Shown here piece after piece: positions 7,652 to 11,059 of a stretch of DNA of 11,059 bases (positions are counted from its first letter, which is position 1; the number at the start of each line of letters is the position of its first letter). The stretch is from Candidatus Omnitrophota bacterium. Lineage in GTDB: Bacteria; Omnitrophota; Gorgyraeia; Gygaellales; Profunditerraquicolaceae. The stretch is taken from assembly GCA_049517335.1 (NCBI GenBank), contig JBEKSD010000025.1, positions 1-11,059 of the forward strand, written 5' to 3'. The position numbers and the translations under genes were made by a program. The notes under the pieces are model-generated. The model saw only the letters and a list, made by a program, of their open reading frames with translations. It was not told the DNA's origin and searched no databases.

Positions 7652-8854
7652 ATGCCAATCCGGATAATTGTAGAAAAGTGTACCGGCTGCACGATGTGTG
7701 TCAAAGCCTGCCCTTTTGATGCCATACGCATGATAGATAAAAAGGCCGTCATTGACCTTAATAAATGCACCCTTTGCGGCGCATGTCTTCCGTCTTGCAA
7801 GTTTAAAGCGATACTCCTGGAAAAAGAACAATCTGTTTGCGAACTTCCCAGTATTAAAGACTATAAGGGTATATGGGTCTTTATAGAACAAAAGAACGGT
7901 AAGGTCCAGTCGGTTTCATACGAACTTTTAGGCAAGGCTCAGGACTTAGCGAAAAAGTTGCATTGTGAAGTAAGCGGTGTTTTTATCGGAAATGACTTAA
8001 GGAGTCAGCTCGATGAATTAATCTGGCACGGCTCGGATAATATTTATCTGGTTGAATCCCCTGAGGTGGCTAATTTTCAGGATGAGCCTTATACCAATAT
8101 TTTAGTTGAGCTTATTAAGAAATATAAACCGGAGATTGTTTTATGCGGAGCGACTTCCATCGGCCGCTCGCTTATTTCACGGGTAGCTATAAAGATTAAA
8201 GCCGGGCTTACCGCTGATTGCACAGGTCTTGATATTGACAGTGAAAAGAAGATTCTGCTTCAGACCCGCCCGGCGTTCGGCGGCAATATCATGGCAACTA
8301 TTATTTCTCCTAATTTTCGGCCACAGATGGCTACGGTCAGGCATAAAGTATTCCAGCCTATGGGTTCCGATAAACATAGAAAAGGAAAGATTATAAAAGA
8401 AAGCTTTAACAGTTCTTTATATTTTTCTCGCGCCAAACTTTTGGATATAGTAGAAGAGATTGAATCGTTGGTTAATATTGCAGAAGCTGACATTATTGTT
8501 TCGGGAGGTCGGGGTATGCAGGAGCCTAAGAATTTTAAGCTTCTTGAAGAACTGGCGCATGTGTTAGGAGGTGCAGTAGGTTCCTCACGCGCCGCAGTTG
8601 ATTCCGGTTGGATGCCGTATTCTCATCAGGTAGGCCAAACCGGCAGGACCGTCTCGCCTAAGATTTACATTGCCTGCGGAATTTCAGGTCAGATCCAGCA
8701 CCTTGTTGGAATGCAGTCTTCCAAAATAATCGTAGCTATAAATAAAGACTCCGAAGCCCCGATTTTTAAAGTAGCAACCTACGGAATAGTTGGAGATGTC
8801 CTGCAGATAGTTCCCGCCCTTACCAAAAAATTTAAAGAAGTTTTAGGAAAATAA
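7652..8854 (+). CDS. etfA: Electron transfer flavoprotein alpha subunit with N-terminal 2x[4Fe-4S] ferredoxin domain
   Basis: CTGCTMCVKACP and CTLCGACLPSC motifs at the N-terminus. EtfA motifs GLTADCT, TRPAFGGN, VSGGRG, QVGQTG and GISGQIQH follow. Confidence 0.96.
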   Translation: MPIRIIVEKCTGCTMCVKACPFDAIRMIDKKAVIDLNKCTLCGACLPSCKFKAILLEKEQSVCELPSIKDYKGIWVFIEQKNGKVQSVSYELLGKAQDLAKKLHCEVSGVFIGNDLRSQLDELIWHGSDNIYLVESPEVANFQDEPYTNILVELIKKYKPEIVLCGATSIGRSLISRVAIKIKAGLTADCTGLDIDSEKKILLQTRPAFGGNIMATIISPNFRPQMATVRHKVFQPMGSDKHRKGKIIKESFNSSLYFSRAKLLDIVEEIESLVNIAEADIIVSGGRGMQEPKNFKLLEELAHVLGGAVGSSRAAVDSGWMPYSHQVGQTGRTVSPKIYIACGISGQIQHLVGMQSSKIIVAINKDSEAPIFKVATYGIVGDVLQIVPALTKKFKEVLGK

Positions 8855-8935
8855 GAAAGCGTTTTCTTTATTTGGGAAAATTGCCCTTGAAACCATTCAA
8901 TAACTGTGGCAGATTTGAATGGGAGAAACCCTAAA

Positions 8936-9283
8936 ATGGAAATAAGTAATTTTTCCGAGAAAAGAGCGCATTTAAGATATGGGGTAGGCATTAACGTCAG
9001 GTATAGGGAATATTTTGCCTACACGGAAATCCCCGCTGTCACTAACAACATTTGCGAAGAAGGCCTTTGTATTGCTACGCATAAACTATTGCTTCCGGGT
9101 ATGGATATTGATGTGGTTTTACGGATCAGGGACAACGGGGAAGAGATTCGCCGCCACGGAAAAGTAGTCTGGTGCAGGATAGTCAAACCCGAAGAATACC
9201 GTGCGGGGATACATCTGGAAGACAGTAATCTAAAACCCATTGAATTAGTCCTGCGTACCATAAAAGCGCAAAGGAATTATTAA
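8936..9283 (+). CDS. Stand-alone PilZ-domain protein (putative c-di-GMP receptor)
   Basis: RxxxR motif (RAHLR), a D/NxSxxG-like motif (NICEEG), and typical GKVVWCR and YRAGIHL strands. ATG 8936 with GGGAG at 8921-8925 is preferred over GTG 8906. Confidence 0.82.
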   Translation: MEISNFSEKRAHLRYGVGINVRYREYFAYTEIPAVTNNICEEGLCIATHKLLLPGMDIDVVLRIRDNGEEIRRHGKVVWCRIVKPEEYRAGIHLEDSNLKPIELVLRTIKAQRNY

Positions 9284-9315
9284 TTAAATTCAAAATCTAG
9301 GGTCTGAATTTAAAG

Positions 9316-9361
9316 AAAAAGGGGGGTCAGAGCCCGAGGGTTCTGGCTCTCCTCTTTTTTT
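9316..9361 (+). terminator. Intrinsic (possibly bidirectional) terminator after the PilZ gene
   Basis: Stem 9321-9334 / 9339-9352 (14 bp including G-U pairs, loop CGAG), followed by T7 at 9355-9361 and preceded by an A-tract. Confidence 0.8.
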
Positions 9362-9446
9362 GCGGCCTGGTTTGTTTATAAATTCATCTTATTTCATTTA
9401 ATATTCCTTAAATATCATTAAATGTTAAAGAATGTAAAGATTTTCC

Positions 9447-9475
9447 TTGACAAAATTACAAGCACGTTTTATAAT
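9447..9475 (+). promoter_or_regulatory. Consensus sigma70 promoter for HTH-response regulator-smc
   Basis: Exact TTGACA (9447-9452), 17-nt spacer, TATAAT (9470-9475). The upstream region is AT-rich, and an AAGGAG Shine-Dalgarno lies at 9486-9491. Confidence 0.85.
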
Positions 9476-9501
9476 TCAACAAAGTAAGGAGAAAATTCTT
9501 T

Positions 9502-9690
9502 ATGCTGAATAACGGACTGATGACTATTGAAGACTTAGCGAACTACCTGAAGGTTACGCGCAGGACCATCTATGACTGGTTAAAGCATAATAAAATTCCT
9601 GCTTTAAAACTTGTGGGACAATGGCGGTTTAAGAAAGATAAGATAGACGAGTGGCTCACAGAGCATGAAATGAACAAGGGGGATAATTAG
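9502..9690 (+). CDS. Small excisionase-like (HTH_17 / MerR-superfamily) DNA-binding protein
   Basis: 62 aa. LMTIEDLANYLKVTRRTIYDW...IPALKLVGQWRF...IDEWL is the characteristic excisionase-family HTH pattern, and it has a strong RBS. Confidence 0.88.
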   Translation: MLNNGLMTIEDLANYLKVTRRTIYDWLKHNKIPALKLVGQWRFKKDKIDEWLTEHEMNKGDN

Positions 9691-10050
9691 ATGAAAATAC
9701 TGCTGGTTGATGATGAGCCGGATATTTTAGAATTTCAGAAATCTTTTTTACTGCGGCGTAAACATGAGGTCATAACCGCTTTTAACACCAATGACGCAAT
9801 TGATGCAATAAGGAATAAACTTCCTGATATCGTGTTCTGCGATGTCCGTATAGATTCAGACCGGGCAGGTTTAGAGATATTGAAACAGGCCAAAGAAATC
9901 AATTCCAAAATAGAGTTTTATCTTGTCACCGGGTTTCTTGAGAAAGAACTGCAAGCATTAGGCTTGGGGCTTGGCGCAAAAGAGGTGCTCACTAAGCCGA
10001 TAAGCAACGAAGTTATTGAAAAAAGGGTATTGGAATTTATCAAAAAATAA
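9691..10050 (+). CDS. Single-domain response regulator (receiver only)
   Basis: KILLVDDE acidic pocket, phospho-acceptor Asp in DIVFCD, Thr in LVTG and Lys in LTKP. It has no output domain. Confidence 0.9.
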   Translation: MKILLVDDEPDILEFQKSFLLRRKHEVITAFNTNDAIDAIRNKLPDIVFCDVRIDSDRAGLEILKQAKEINSKIEFYLVTGFLEKELQALGLGLGAKEVLTKPISNEVIEKRVLEFIKK

Positions 10051-10077
10051 ATTTTCTTCTTTGTGAAAGGAGTAGCA

Positions 10078-11059
10078 ATGTATTTTAAAAAATTGGAACT
10101 AATAGGGTTTAAATCCTTCTGCGACAAGACTACTTTACATTTTGAGCCCGGTATTACCGCGGTTGTCGGGCCAAACGGCTGCGGTAAATCCAATATTTTT
10201 GATTCAATACGCTGGGTTTTAGGGGAACAGTCGGCAAAATCCCTGCGCGGTTCCGATATGCAGGACGTTATATTTAACGGAACCGACCAGAAAGAAGCAC
10301 TCGGCATGGCGGAAGTAACTCTGACTTTTGATAATAAGAACCGTTTTTTTAATTTTGATAACGATGAGATGGCAATTACCCGCCGTCTTTTCAGGTCCGG
10401 AGAGAGCGAATACCTACTTAATAAATCGCAGGTGCGCTTAAAAGATATTTTTGATATCCTGCTCGGGACAGGGGTGGGCGCGGAAAGTTATTCTATTGTC
10501 GCACAGGGGAAAATTGATTTGGTTCTAAGCTCGCGGCCCGAAGACAGGAGGCTCGTTTTTGATGAGGCAAGCGGGATTACTAAATATAAATCCCAAAAAA
10601 GGGAAACTACGAGGAAGCTTGAAGAAACCGAGCAGAACCTCTTAAGGGTCAATGATATCGTGGCGGAAGTGAAGCGCCAAATCGGCTCTCTTGAAAGGCA
10701 GGCAAATAAAGCCCGGCGCTACAGGGAAGTGTTTGAGGAATTAAAAGCCAAAGAAATTAATCAGGCCCTTTTTGAGAAGAAAGAGTTGAATTTAGAAAAG
10801 GATGCGGTGATAGTCAAGCTTAAAGAACTCGAGGCGAAGGAAAACGAACTGGCTGTTTTAATCCGGGAACAGGAAGAAAAAGTTTCTAACCGGCAGGCAG
10901 AGCTTAAGGGCTTTGAAGAGAGCATAATGAATATTAAGAACGAAATCCTGGCTCTTGAAAATACCCTCGTAAGGAATAATGAACGCGTTACTTTTAATAA
11001 AGAAAAGATAGCCGAGCTTGAAGGCGCAAAAAGTTTTCTGGAATCGCGTATGGTGCAGG
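10078..11059 (+). CDS. smc: Chromosome segregation protein SMC, N-terminal part (3'-truncated by the window edge)
   Basis: Not in the ORF track. ATG 10078 follows AAAGGAG and reads [14 protein letters not shown]..., with Walker [33 protein letters not shown]-loop [10 protein letters not shown] and FDEASGI, then coiled coil to the window end. Confidence 0.96.
   Translation, partial: MYFKKLELIGFKSFCDKTTLHFEPGITAVVGPNGCGKSNIFDSIRWVLGEQSAKSLRGSDMQDVIFNGTDQKEALGMAEVTLTFDNKNRFFNFDNDEMAITRRLFRSGESEYLLNKSQVRLKDIFDILLGTGVGAESYSIVAQGKIDLVLSSRPEDRRLVFDEASGITKYKSQKRETTRKLEETEQNLLRVNDIVAEVKRQIGSLERQANKARRYREVFEELKAKEINQALFEKKELNLEKDAVIVKLKELEAKENELAVLIREQEEKVSNRQAELKGFEESIMNIKNEILALENTLVRNNERVTFNKEKIAELEGAKSFLESRMVQ

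Noticed and set aside
8849-8873. AAGAAA-GCGT-TTTCTT hairpin at the etfA stop as a terminator
   Set aside because: The stem is short and almost entirely A-U, too weak to call.
8860-8935. c-di-GMP riboswitch upstream of the PilZ gene
   Set aside because: The region is short and I could not find the GNRA tetraloop/receptor two-stem pattern by eye. An Infernal scan would be needed to exclude it formally.
9381-9446. CRISPR array or replication-origin iterons
   Set aside because: The units are only about 10 bp, degenerate and without spacers. No DnaA boxes (TTATCCACA), cas genes or rep gene were seen.
9502-9690. Excisionase-like gene as a marker of a prophage or integrative element
   Set aside because: No integrase, tRNA/att repeat or phage genes are present, and the flanks are housekeeping genes.
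37-10307. All minus-strand ORFs in the track (e.g. 37-372, 1073-1372, 2403-2711, 4073-4429, 7553-7891, 9918-10307)
   Set aside because: Each lies largely or wholly antisense to a well-supported plus-strand gene and shows no recognisable protein motif, so they are treated as shadow ORFs.
10078-11059. SMC-like defence protein (Wadjet JetC) or RecN/SbcC
   Set aside because: The N-terminal motifs ([34 protein letters not shown]) are those of canonical bacterial SMC, and no jetAB-like genes lie upstream.

Overview
An all-plus-strand chromosomal housekeeping region from a moderately AT-rich bacterium that is probably anaerobic (Feo iron uptake, a ferredoxin-fused Etf and a likely Rex operator; lineage cannot be fixed from this window). 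In order: (1) a feo cluster with FeoB split into a GTPase ORF (5'-truncated) and a helical/membrane ORF, then feoA and an overlapping ThiI/MnmA-like PP-loop gene; (2) a nested inverted repeat and a promoter for marC-glgC-GNAT (ArgA-like); (3) a promoter with a near-consensus Rex box for acyl-CoA dehydrogenase-etfB-etfA, where EtfA has an N-terminal 2x[4Fe-4S] domain (probable electron-bifurcating complex); (4) a stand-alone PilZ gene and an intrinsic terminator; (5) a perfect TTGACA-N17-TATAAT promoter preceded by ~10-bp-phased AT-rich repeats, for an excisionase-like HTH gene, an in-frame abutting receiver-only response regulator and the 5' part of smc (not in the ORF track). No RNA genes, CRISPR arrays or transposases were seen. 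The best candidate for something undescribed is the HTH-receiver-smc unit, but this is a hypothesis, not a demonstrated system.
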